Shown here: positions 18,388 through 26,502 of the stretch, piece by piece
Layout of the letters: every line of letters starts with the position of its first letter
Position numbering within the stretch: position 1 is the stretch's first letter
Source: Halorarum halobium
Lineage (GTDB): Archaea > Halobacteriota > Halobacteria > Halobacteriales > Haloferacaceae
Reading direction: 5' to 3'
NCBI RefSeq assembly: GCF_032116555.1
Contig: NZ_CP134949.1
Span: 1,488,001-1,552,000 of the forward strand
Length of the DNA: 64,000 nucleotides
The notes under the pieces: generated by a model
The model's input: the letters and a program-made list of their open reading frames with translations, nothing else
What the model was told of the DNA's origin: nothing
The model's database searches: none
Made by a program: the position numbers and the translations under genes

Positions 18388-19112
18388 TGCTCGCGTACGC
18401 TCCCGGTGACACCCTCCTCCACCGGCTCGACCCCCGGACGAAGCTCGCCGTCCAGGTCGCGTTCGTCGCCGCGGCGTTCGCCCACACGACCCCCACGGGA
18501 TTGCTGGCGCTCACGCTCGTCGCGCTCGGCGTCCTCGCGCTCGCGGGCCTCGGTCCCGGGCGAGCCCTCCGGGAGTTCCGCGTCGTCGCGCCGTTCCTCC
18601 TCGCCGCGCCGCTGCTCGAAGCGGCGCGGCTCGGGTCGCCCTGGTTCGTCGCGGCCGACGCGGTCGCCCCCGCGATGGCGAGCTATCGGACGCTCCTGCT
18701 GCTCGCGCTCGCGCTGGCGTACGTCCGAACCACGCCCGTCCGCGAGTCCGAGGCGGCAGTCGCCCGGGTGCTTCCGGGGCGTGTCGGCAGACTGGCCGCG
18801 CTGGGCGTCGGACTGGTGTTCCGGTTCCTGCCGCTGCTGCAGGCGGACGTGGCCCGTGCACGTGCGGCCAGTCGGGCGCGCCTGGGCACCGAACGGCCGC
18901 TGCGGGACCGGATCCGACTCGTCGCGACGGCGGGGCTCGGGCGGGCGCTCGGCCGCGCGGACCGGCTCGCGGTCGCGCTCCGTGCGCGCTGTCTCTCCTG
19001 GGAACCGACGCCGCCGGCGCTCGCGGCCGGGCGGGCCGACCTGGTCGGCGGCGCGGTCTCGCTGGTACTCCTCGTCTGGGCGCTCGCACCCGTTTTCGGG
19101 GCGGTGCCGTAG
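18387..19112 (+). CDS. ECF transporter T component (BioN/EcfT)
   Basis: LHRLDPRTKL, FRFLP, ARL/ARC coupling motifs; TGATG overlap. Confidence 0.9.
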   Translation: MLAYAPGDTLLHRLDPRTKLAVQVAFVAAAFAHTTPTGLLALTLVALGVLALAGLGPGRALREFRVVAPFLLAAPLLEAARLGSPWFVAADAVAPAMASYRTLLLLALALAYVRTTPVRESEAAVARVLPGRVGRLAALGVGLVFRFLPLLQADVARARAASRARLGTERPLRDRIRLVATAGLGRALGRADRLAVALRARCLSWEPTPPALAAGRADLVGGAVSLVLLVWALAPVFGAVP

Positions 19113-19236
19113 GTCCGCGGGCGTCCGTGCGGGTCGGGTGATGCGTTCGGAAGGCCCGGCGGGTCGCTCCCGTCGGTCAGATGGCGACCGGATGACGACG
19201 GCCTTTTGAGGGTGCCAGTTGGACTCTCCCCCAACA

Positions 19237-19431
19237 ATGGCCGAGAGAGGGGCGGAGGACTGGCTGATTCGCTATCTGGTCGTGCTCGTCGTGGGCGGCG
19301 TGGCGCTCCTGGCGCTGCTGTACGGCATCGCCCTGGAGTGGTCACCGGTCGCAGTCGTCGCGTCGCTGGTCGTGCTGGCGATCACGTCGGTCGTGGTCGC
19401 GCGCGACCTCAGAAACTGGCGGACGGCCTGA
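19237..19431 (+). CDS. Small 2-TM membrane protein
   Basis: MAERGAEDWLIRYLVV... with two hydrophobic helices; TATA-like CTTTTGA ~30 bp upstream. Confidence 0.65.
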   Translation: MAERGAEDWLIRYLVVLVVGGVALLALLYGIALEWSPVAVVASLVVLAITSVVVARDLRNWRTA

Positions 19432-19472
19432 GCGGGACCGTCGCTCGGGTCGCTTCCCCGGCCGCTGGGGGC

Positions 19473-20333
19473 TCAGTCGCTCGCGCTTCGCAGGCGGTCC
19501 AGTTCGTCGTCCGCGAGCGAGAGCTCGGCCGCGCCGACGTTCTCCTCGAGGTGGTCGACGCTGGAGGTTCCCGGAATCGGGAGCGTCACGTCCGAGCGGG
19601 CGAGCAGCCACGCGAGCGCGACCTGCCGCTCGGTCGCGTCGTGGGCGGCTGCCACCTCGGCGAGCGGCTCGGCCGCCTCACCCAGGTCACCGGCCGCGAG
19701 CGGGAAGTAGGGGATGAAGCCGACGTCGTGTTCCTCGCAGGCCCGCAGGACGTCCTCGTGTTCGCGGTCCGCCACGTTGTACGAGTTCTGCACCGTCGCC
19801 ACCTCGACGTGCTCGCGGGCCTCGTCGAGCTGCTCGACCGAGACGTTCGAGAGGCCGACGTGGCGCACGTGTCCCTCGTCCTTCAGCTCCGCGAACGCCG
19901 TGACGCTGTCAGCGAACGGCGTGTCGGGGTCCGGACGGTGGAACTGGTAGAGGTCGATGGTGTCGACGCCGAGCCGGTCCTTGCTGACGAGCACCTGGTT
20001 CCGGACGTACTCGGGGTCGCCGTGGGGTTTCCACTCGTGGGTGTCGTCCCGCAGGAGCCCGGCTTTCGTCGCCACGACCGCGTCCTCGGGCGCGCCAGCC
20101 TCCCGGAGGATGCGCTCGGAGACGCCGGGGCCGTAGGAGTCGGCGGTGTCGAGAAAGTCCACGCCGAGTTCCATCGCCCGCTCCACCACTGCGCGGGCGA
20201 CCGCTTCGTCCTCGGGGCGGCCGATGATGCCCTCCCCGCAGAGCCGCATCGCGCCGAAGCCGAGCCGGTTCACGGTCGTCTCACCGTCGATGTCGAACGT
20301 CCCCGCGGCCGCCGCGTCGGGTGTCTCGCTCAT
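19473..20333 (-). CDS. Aldo/keto reductase
   Basis: RLGFGAMRL, DTADSYG, ATK, IDLYQFHRPD, GLSN, PIPGTSS. Confidence 0.93.
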   Translation of the reverse strand: MSETPDAAAAGTFDIDGETTVNRLGFGAMRLCGEGIIGRPEDEAVARAVVERAMELGVDFLDTADSYGPGVSERILREAGAPEDAVVATKAGLLRDDTHEWKPHGDPEYVRNQVLVSKDRLGVDTIDLYQFHRPDPDTPFADSVTAFAELKDEGHVRHVGLSNVSVEQLDEAREHVEVATVQNSYNVADREHEDVLRACEEHDVGFIPYFPLAAGDLGEAAEPLAEVAAAHDATERQVALAWLLARSDVTLPIPGTSSVDHLEENVGAAELSLADDELDRLRSASD

Positions 20334-20516
20334 GCGTCCCACCGGTTGGGTGCCAGCGGCAAAGTCCGTTCGGCCCCAGCGAACCGGGCTGGGTCACCGT
20401 CCCGCCCCGCTCAGCGTCGGACGTCGAGTTCCGCCCGACGTCGGACGCCGTGCTGGCCGCTCACGGGCGGGTGAAAATCTGGAAAGTGAGTGCGTCGCTC
20501 GGGGCGACGGGGTTCT

Positions 20517-20711
20517 TTACAGGCGCTCGAGGTTCGTGGCGCGCGGGCCCTTGGGGGCCTGCTCGATGTCGAACTCGACTTCCTGTCCTTCTTCGAGGTC
20601 GTCGCCGCCGATGTCTTCCATGTGGAAGAACACGTCGTCGTCAGCGTCCTCAGTCGAAATGAAACCGTAACCGCCCGTGTCGTTGAAGAAATCAACCTTG
20701 CCTTTCGCCAT
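20517..20711 (-). CDS. cspA: Cold-shock protein (copy 1)
   Basis: MAKGKVDFFNDTGGYGFI...DVFFHM; 64 aa. Confidence 0.96.
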   Translation of the reverse strand: MAKGKVDFFNDTGGYGFISTEDADDDVFFHMEDIGGDDLEEGQEVEFDIEQAPKGPRATNLERL

Positions 20712-20974
20712 TGCGTGAGAGCATACTGTCGAACGGGGCATAACCTTTCCGAGAGTCGAGTTACCACGGCACTGCCGAGGGAAGCTGGTCGATTTCGCGC
20801 GGTTCCACCGGTAACCGGCAGCCCTCGCGTCCGATGCGGTTCGACCGGTGATCGGCTCGCTGGGGGGCCACGGATCAGTTCGGCGGCGGCGTTCCGGGCC
20901 GTCGGACCGTCACGACGACCAGTCCGTCCGCGCCCTCCGCGCGAACTGGCGTGATTCGAATCGAAACCCCTTTG

Positions 20975-20992
20975 ACTGACTGGCCAGTCAGT
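20975..20992. promoter_or_regulatory. Perfect 18-bp palindrome, probable TetR operator
   Basis: ACTGACTGGCCAGTCAGT, 42 bp upstream of tetR and next to the TATA-like CCTTTGA. Confidence 0.7.
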
Positions 20993-21033
20993 TTCGGTAG
21001 AGCCGGTCGTTCGACCGGACCCCCGCTATCACG

Positions 21034-21762
21034 ATGACGAGGACCCACGATACCGAGACGGCCATCATGGAGGCGACCCACTGCGCGCTCTGCGAGCACG
21101 GGTACGCGGACCTCACGATGCAGGCTATCGCCGACGAGACGGACAAGAGCAAGGCGGCCCTCCACTACCACTTCGAGGGGAAGGACGACCTCCTGCTGTG
21201 CTTTCTGGAGTACCTCCGGGACGACTTCGCGGAGCGGACCGCCGACCCGGCCGGCGACACCCCCGTCGAGCGCCTCGTCGCGCTCGTGCGGACGGTGCTG
21301 GGCACCGAGGGCGACGAGCCGAACCAGCAGTTCAACACCGCCTACATGGAGATCAAGGCCCAGGCGCCGTTCCGGGAGGGGTACCGCGAGGTGCTCCGCG
21401 AGATCGACGACCGCCTCCGGGTGCAGGTCCGGGACCTCGTCGCCGACGGCATCGAGGCCGGACAGTTCCGGAGCGACGCCGACCCGGACGAGGTCGCCGC
21501 GGTCGTGGTCACGTACATCCACGGGACGTGGACCCGATCGGCGGCGGTCGGCGAGGACGTCCCGGCGATGCGTGAGCGCCTCGTCATCTACGTCACTGAC
21601 CTGCTGGTCGAGGACGTCGCGCTCCCGTTCGAGAGCGACGCGGATGCGGACGCGATCGGCGACGAAGGTGGGACCGGCGATGAGGCCGCGAACGCCGAGA
21701 GTGCGAACGCCGACGGCGACGGGAACCCACCCGCCGACTCAGACACGGAGGCCCGGTCGTGA
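21034..21762 (+). CDS. TetR/AcrR family regulator
   Basis: GYADLTMQAIADETDKSKAALHYHFEGKDDL. Confidence 0.93.
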   Translation: MTRTHDTETAIMEATHCALCEHGYADLTMQAIADETDKSKAALHYHFEGKDDLLLCFLEYLRDDFAERTADPAGDTPVERLVALVRTVLGTEGDEPNQQFNTAYMEIKAQAPFREGYREVLREIDDRLRVQVRDLVADGIEAGQFRSDADPDEVAAVVVTYIHGTWTRSAAVGEDVPAMRERLVIYVTDLLVEDVALPFESDADADAIGDEGGTGDEAANAESANADGDGNPPADSDTEARS

Positions 21763-23285
21763 ACGTGGGCGACAGGCTCTCGTCGCTGTTCAAGAGCCGC
21801 GACGAGTTCGACCTCACGTCGGGTGAGATCGGCAAGCCGCTGTTTTATCTCTCGCTCCCCATCGTCGTCACGAACCTGCTCCAGACCGCCTACAACCTCG
21901 CGGACACGTTCTGGCTCGGCCAGTACAGCACCGAGGCGCTGGCAGCAATCTCGTTCGCGTTCCCGATGGTGTTCCTGCTCATCTCGCTGGGCATGGGCAT
22001 CTCGGTCGCGGGAAGCATCCTCGTCGCCCAGCACACCGGCGCGGGCGAGGAAGGTCAGGCGAAGTACGCGGCCTCACAGACGGTCACCTTCGCGGCCCTC
22101 GCGTCGCTCGTCCTCGGCGGCGTCGGCTACGTGTTCGTCGGCGACTTCCTCGGCCTGCTGGGTGCCTCACCGGAGGTCCTCCCGCTCGCCACCGACTACA
22201 TGGAAGTCATCGCGCAGGGGCTCGTCTTCATGTTCGGCTTCTTCGTGTTCGTCGCGCTCATGCGGGGGTACGGCGACACGATCACGCCGATGCTGGTGAT
22301 GCTTGGGACGGTCGTGCTGAACATCGTCATCGACCCGTTCCTCATCTTCGGCTTCGAGTCGAACCCGCTGTTCGGGATGCTCGGCGCGCGCGGACTGGAA
22401 GCCAGCCTGCTCGCGGCGACCGGTTACACCGGCTCCGGCATCGCCGGGGCCGCGTACGCGACCGTGTTCTCGCGGGCGCTCGCGTTCGCCGTGGGGCTCG
22501 CCATCATGCTCCGTGGGACCCGCGGCGTCGAGATCACCCTCCGAGACATGGTGCCGGACCTCTCGTACGCCCGCCGGATCGTCAGACTCGGCGTCCCGGC
22601 GTCCATCGAGGGCACCGGCCGCTCGCTGTCGGTGAACCTGATGCTCGTCATCGTCGCGCTGTTCCCGACGACGGTCGTCGCCGGCTACGGGATCGGCGTC
22701 CGCGTGTTCTCGGTCATCTTCCTCCCCGCCATCGCGGTCGCCCGCGGGGTCGAGACGATGACGGGCCAGAACATCGGTGCCGGCAAGCCCGACCGCGCCG
22801 CCGCGGCGGCACGGCTCGCCGCGAAGGTGATGCTCGGCGTGCTGCTGGCCGTCGGGGTGGTCACCTGGCTCGCCGCCGCGCCGATCGCGGCGGTGTTCAC
22901 CGACGATCCGACCGTCGTCGCCGTCACGAAGGACTTCCTCCGCTGGGTCGCCCCGAGCTTCGGGTTCATCGGCGTGATGCGGGCCTACACGGGGAGCTTC
23001 CGCGGCGCGGGCAAGACGCTCACCGCGGCGGCCATCTCCGTCCTCATGCTGGGATTCATCCGGCTGCCGATCGCCTACTTCGCGGTTCGCCCGCCCGCGT
23101 TCCTGCCGTACGCGCCGTTCGACGAGTCCGGCATCTGGCTCTCGTTTGCCGTCTCGAACGCGATCGGCGCGCTCATGGCCTACGCCTGGTACCAGCGGGG
23201 CACCTGGCGCGGCGGCGACCTGACCGAGAAGGGCGGTCGGGTCCCCGACGAGAGCGACGCGGGCACGCCCGCAGTCGACGACTGA
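21759..23285 (+). CDS. MATE family efflux transporter
   Basis: YNLADTFWLG, RGYGDT..PM, LNIVIDPFLIFG, GQNIGAG, FRGAG; GTGA overlap with tetR. Confidence 0.93.
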   Translation: MNVGDRLSSLFKSRDEFDLTSGEIGKPLFYLSLPIVVTNLLQTAYNLADTFWLGQYSTEALAAISFAFPMVFLLISLGMGISVAGSILVAQHTGAGEEGQAKYAASQTVTFAALASLVLGGVGYVFVGDFLGLLGASPEVLPLATDYMEVIAQGLVFMFGFFVFVALMRGYGDTITPMLVMLGTVVLNIVIDPFLIFGFESNPLFGMLGARGLEASLLAATGYTGSGIAGAAYATVFSRALAFAVGLAIMLRGTRGVEITLRDMVPDLSYARRIVRLGVPASIEGTGRSLSVNLMLVIVALFPTTVVAGYGIGVRVFSVIFLPAIAVARGVETMTGQNIGAGKPDRAAAAARLAAKVMLGVLLAVGVVTWLAAAPIAAVFTDDPTVVAVTKDFLRWVAPSFGFIGVMRAYTGSFRGAGKTLTAAAISVLMLGFIRLPIAYFAVRPPAFLPYAPFDESGIWLSFAVSNAIGALMAYAWYQRGTWRGGDLTEKGGRVPDESDAGTPAVDD

Positions 23286-23348
23286 GCCGGAAGAGCGGAG
23301 CGGGCGGCCCGCGGAGCCTTTTTGGGAGCAGTCCGCCTCGACGTACGT

Positions 23349-23642
23349 ATGAGCGGAAACGCCGACGCTGCCGCCGACGAACGACGCCTGTGGCTCGTCG
23401 AGCGAACGTACGGCGACGACGAACTGAACCTCATCATCCTGGTGTACGCGACGCCGGACGGGAGCCGGTACGTCAGGAAGGAGCGCGCCCTCACGAGCTT
23501 CGCGGACGAGCGTCCGACTCGCGCGTCGATCACCGTCCCGCGCCACGACCTCGGCGACGTGACCGACGAGTCGGAGCGGCAGCGCTACGCCGAGGAGGCC
23601 TCCCGGATGGCGGCCGCCCACGACCCGGACGACCACATCTGA
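23349..23642 (+). CDS. Conserved hypothetical protein
   Basis: WLVERTY...LVYATPDG...RYAEEASRM; acidic, host-like codons. Confidence 0.75.
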   Translation: MSGNADAAADERRLWLVERTYGDDELNLIILVYATPDGSRYVRKERALTSFADERPTRASITVPRHDLGDVTDESERQRYAEEASRMAAAHDPDDHI

Positions 23643-23735
23643 GTCGCGTCGCTCGCTCCGTGTGACGACCGGACGAGCAGGGTACCGGCTCCCGGTTTCG
23701 GAGCGGCTTTACCGGCACGCCGACAACGACCGTCG

Positions 23736-24083
23736 ATGACCGGTCACTCGACTCCCGGCGGGGATGACGGGCGGTGGTCCGACGAAGACCGGGCCGAGGA
23801 CGCGGGTACCGACACGTTCGGCGTCGGCATCCACGTCGCCGCCGAGGAGCTCCGGTTCGTCGTCCACGTCCCGTCCGACATCGACTCGGGCTGGGCCGAC
23901 CCCGAGGCGTTCCAGCGTCGCATCGAGACGGTCACGTGGGAGACGCTGGACAGGGAGGCGACGCTCGCAACCGTGTCCTCGTCGGCCTCGACCGGCGAGA
24001 CGGTGACGCTTGGCACCGTGACGATGCGACCCGGCGGCGACGTGGTCTCGCACACGCTCTCGGTTCCCGACCTGGACGACTGA
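23736..24083 (+). CDS. Hypothetical protein
   Basis: FGVGIHV..ELRFVVHVPSDIDSGW.DP..FQ; acidic, host-like codons. Confidence 0.7.
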   Translation: MTGHSTPGGDDGRWSDEDRAEDAGTDTFGVGIHVAAEELRFVVHVPSDIDSGWADPEAFQRRIETVTWETLDREATLATVSSSASTGETVTLGTVTMRPGGDVVSHTLSVPDLDD

Positions 24084-24128
24084 CGACCACGACGTGTCGA
24101 AAAACTGCGGAGAACGTGGCGACCGGGG

Positions 24129-24953
24129 TCAGTCCTCGAGCGACTCGACGGCCTCGCCGATGGCGGCGACGCGTTCGGGATCGTACGCCGTGAGGTCGTA
24201 GCGGTTGGCCGCCACCGTGTCCCCCCAGAGGCCCAGCGCGCCGAGTTCGACCAGCGCGCCCAGCGCCGCACCGAGCGTGCGCGGGGACGTTTCCGGGTCC
24301 CGGAGCGACGCGTGGACCTGCTTCGCCTGGGGGTAGCACATCTCCACGCTGTCCAGCCCGGTCCGCGCCTCGCGCCAGTGGCTCCGGAGGTAGCCGAAGT
24401 TCGTCGGGTCGGTCCTTCGGAGGTGTTCGAGCCCCGCCCTCGCCGCCGATTGCAGCACCGTCTCGTCGGCCGGGGTGAAGTGGCGGGAGACGACTGTCGC
24501 CGCCTCACAGTCCGCCGGGAGGCCGACGTGGAGGTCCGCGCCGGCCTCGGCGGCCACCGACGAGAGCGATGAGAGGGCCGCGTCGGGGTCGCCCGCGTCC
24601 TCGACGATGAACGTGGGATCGTCGACCACGACCGAGCCGCCGGCCGCCTCGTCGAACGCCTCGTCGACGACCGACGTCGGGTCGCTCACCGGGCGTTCCA
24701 GCACGGAGACGAACACGCCGCCGCCGACCGCGCGCCCGCCGGCCGCCGCGGCCGCCCCGCGGACCGTGTCGTCGACGCTCACGTAGTGGCACCTGCTGGG
24801 ACCCGTGGCACCGAACGATCGGTGCCAGTCGTCGATAGTCGTCGACGAGAGCAGCGCGAGGTGGGTGCCGCCGGCGGCGGCCGCCGCCGCGCGCAGGCCC
24901 TGAGCGTCCCCGTGGAGACGGGTAGTGGGGGCAGGGCGCTCACTTGAAGCCAT
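24129..24953 (-). CDS. Hypothetical protein, possibly a degenerate RecA/KaiC-like domain plus C-terminal winged HTH
   Basis: GSVVVDD strand resembles Walker B, no Walker A; C-terminal YPQAKQVH...SPRTLGAALGALVELG..WGDT...RYDL is HTH/wing-like; TTTTAAG TATA ~30 bp upstream. Confidence 0.6.
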   Translation of the reverse strand: MASSERPAPTTRLHGDAQGLRAAAAAAGGTHLALLSSTTIDDWHRSFGATGPSRCHYVSVDDTVRGAAAAAGGRAVGGGVFVSVLERPVSDPTSVVDEAFDEAAGGSVVVDDPTFIVEDAGDPDAALSSLSSVAAEAGADLHVGLPADCEAATVVSRHFTPADETVLQSAARAGLEHLRRTDPTNFGYLRSHWREARTGLDSVEMCYPQAKQVHASLRDPETSPRTLGAALGALVELGALGLWGDTVAANRYDLTAYDPERVAAIGEAVESLED

Positions 24954-25123
24954 TCAGAATTCGATAGCCGTTCTATTCGCTTAAAATTATGGGTCTCACT
25001 CGATTCGGAGTTGTTCGGCGAACCGCACCGTTCACCCGAGGGCGTCGCAGTAATGGGTCGTTGCCCGGCCGTAACTGTAGCCTTTCGGAGACGCCGTCCC
25101 CGAACGCTGGAGAGACACACGGC

Positions 25124-25146
25124 TTTATAAACCATCGGTTTATAAA
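25124..25146. promoter_or_regulatory. Palindromic double TATA box of tbp
   Basis: TTTATAAACC-ATC-GGTTTATAAA. Confidence 0.75.
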
Positions 25147-25168
25147 TAGGGACGAGGAACGACGACGC

Positions 25169-25729
25169 ATGACGGACCCGGCAGACTCAATCGAAATTCA
25201 GAACGTGGTCGCATCGACGGGTATCGGGCAGGAACTCGACCTCGAAGCGCTGGCCGAAGACCTCCCCGGGGCCGACTTCAATCCCGACAACTTCCCCGGT
25301 CTCGTGTACCGGACCCAGGAACCGAAAGCAGCCGCGCTCATCTTCCGGTCGGGGAAGATCGTCTGCACCGGTGCAAAGAGCATCGCCGACGTGCACGACG
25401 CGCTCGGCATCATCTTCGAGAAGCTCCGCGATCTCTCCATCCCGGTCGAGGACGACCCGGACATCACCGTCCAGAACATCGTCTCCTCGGCCGATCTGGG
25501 CCACCAGCTCAACCTCAACGCCCTCGCCATCGGGCTCGGCCTGGAGGACGTCGAGTACGAACCCGAACAGTTCCCCGGCCTCGTCTACCGCATGGACGAA
25601 CCGGACGTGGTCATCCTCCTGTTCGGCTCGGGCAAGATCGTCATCACCGGCGGCAAGCGGACCGACGACGCCGAGGGGGCCGTCGAGGAGATCGTCGAGC
25701 GCATCGAGGCGCTCGGCCTGCTCGGCTGA
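25169..25729 (+). CDS. tbp: TATA-box binding protein
   Basis: Two repeats: IQNVVAS..FPGLVYR..IFRSGKIVCTG and VQNIVSS..YEPEQFPGLVYR..LFGSGKIVITG. Confidence 0.98.
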   Translation: MTDPADSIEIQNVVASTGIGQELDLEALAEDLPGADFNPDNFPGLVYRTQEPKAAALIFRSGKIVCTGAKSIADVHDALGIIFEKLRDLSIPVEDDPDITVQNIVSSADLGHQLNLNALAIGLGLEDVEYEPEQFPGLVYRMDEPDVVILLFGSGKIVITGGKRTDDAEGAVEEIVERIEALGLLG

Positions 25730-25783
25730 ACGGCGGCCGAACCGGGGGAAAACATTTATACGAATATTTGCAAGTGTCAGGTA

Positions 25784-26410
25784 GTGGCATCCCGACACGG
25801 GGGCTCCGGCGCCGGCCGGGCGGCGGACCCCAAATCGGCCGACGTGTCGCTTCCGACCGCCCCGCGCGGGCCCGGCGGCTCGCGCCCGGACCTCGGCGGA
25901 CGTGACGTTTCCGCGCCCCCTTCACGCGACCCCACGACGTACGCGCAGACTGACCACTTCCGCCAGCGACTGTGCCAGCAGGGCCGGTACGTCACGCTTC
26001 CCACCGTCGGCGAGGCGATCAGGCGGGGACAGCTCCGGTGGAACACCAGCGACGGCTGGCGGTTCGCGCTCGTCGAGGACGGCGTCAGGTACGTCATCGT
26101 CGTCGGCGACACCGAGACGCCCTCGCCGGTGCTCGTCACCGGCTGGACCGAGATCGCCGACTGGGACGCCGTCGTCGACTCGGACCGCTGGAGCGAACTG
26201 GACGCCCACACCATCCGGCTCCGCGCGGACCTCTCCTCGCACAAGGAGCGACAGATTCCGGGCCGCATCAGGCCCCGCGTCGTGAGCCGGGCGTTCGAGA
26301 TCGGCGGCCACCGCGTCGCCACCGCCGCCGGCGAGGGCTTCGTCGAGTGTGCCGACTGCGGCGGCCGCTTCCGCTCGAAGCGCGCGCTCCGTGAGCGGCA
26401 CTGCCAGTGA
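25784..26410 (+). CDS. Hypothetical protein: DUF4258-like domain plus C-terminal Zn finger
   Basis: TDHFRQRL...VGEAIRRG...YVIVV...VLVTGW resembles DUF4258; C-terminal H-x12-CADC-x13-HC; ATTTATAC TATA ~25 bp upstream; start uncertain. Confidence 0.65.
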   Translation: MASRHGGSGAGRAADPKSADVSLPTAPRGPGGSRPDLGGRDVSAPPSRDPTTYAQTDHFRQRLCQQGRYVTLPTVGEAIRRGQLRWNTSDGWRFALVEDGVRYVIVVGDTETPSPVLVTGWTEIADWDAVVDSDRWSELDAHTIRLRADLSSHKERQIPGRIRPRVVSRAFEIGGHRVATAAGEGFVECADCGGRFRSKRALRERHCQ

Positions 26411-26502
26411 TCCGACCGGGCCGGTGAACCCGCCGGCCGACCCGCCGTCCAACTCGCCGCGGGAACGCGACCCCTTTACCCCGCGGCGTCCTACGGCCGG
26501 CA

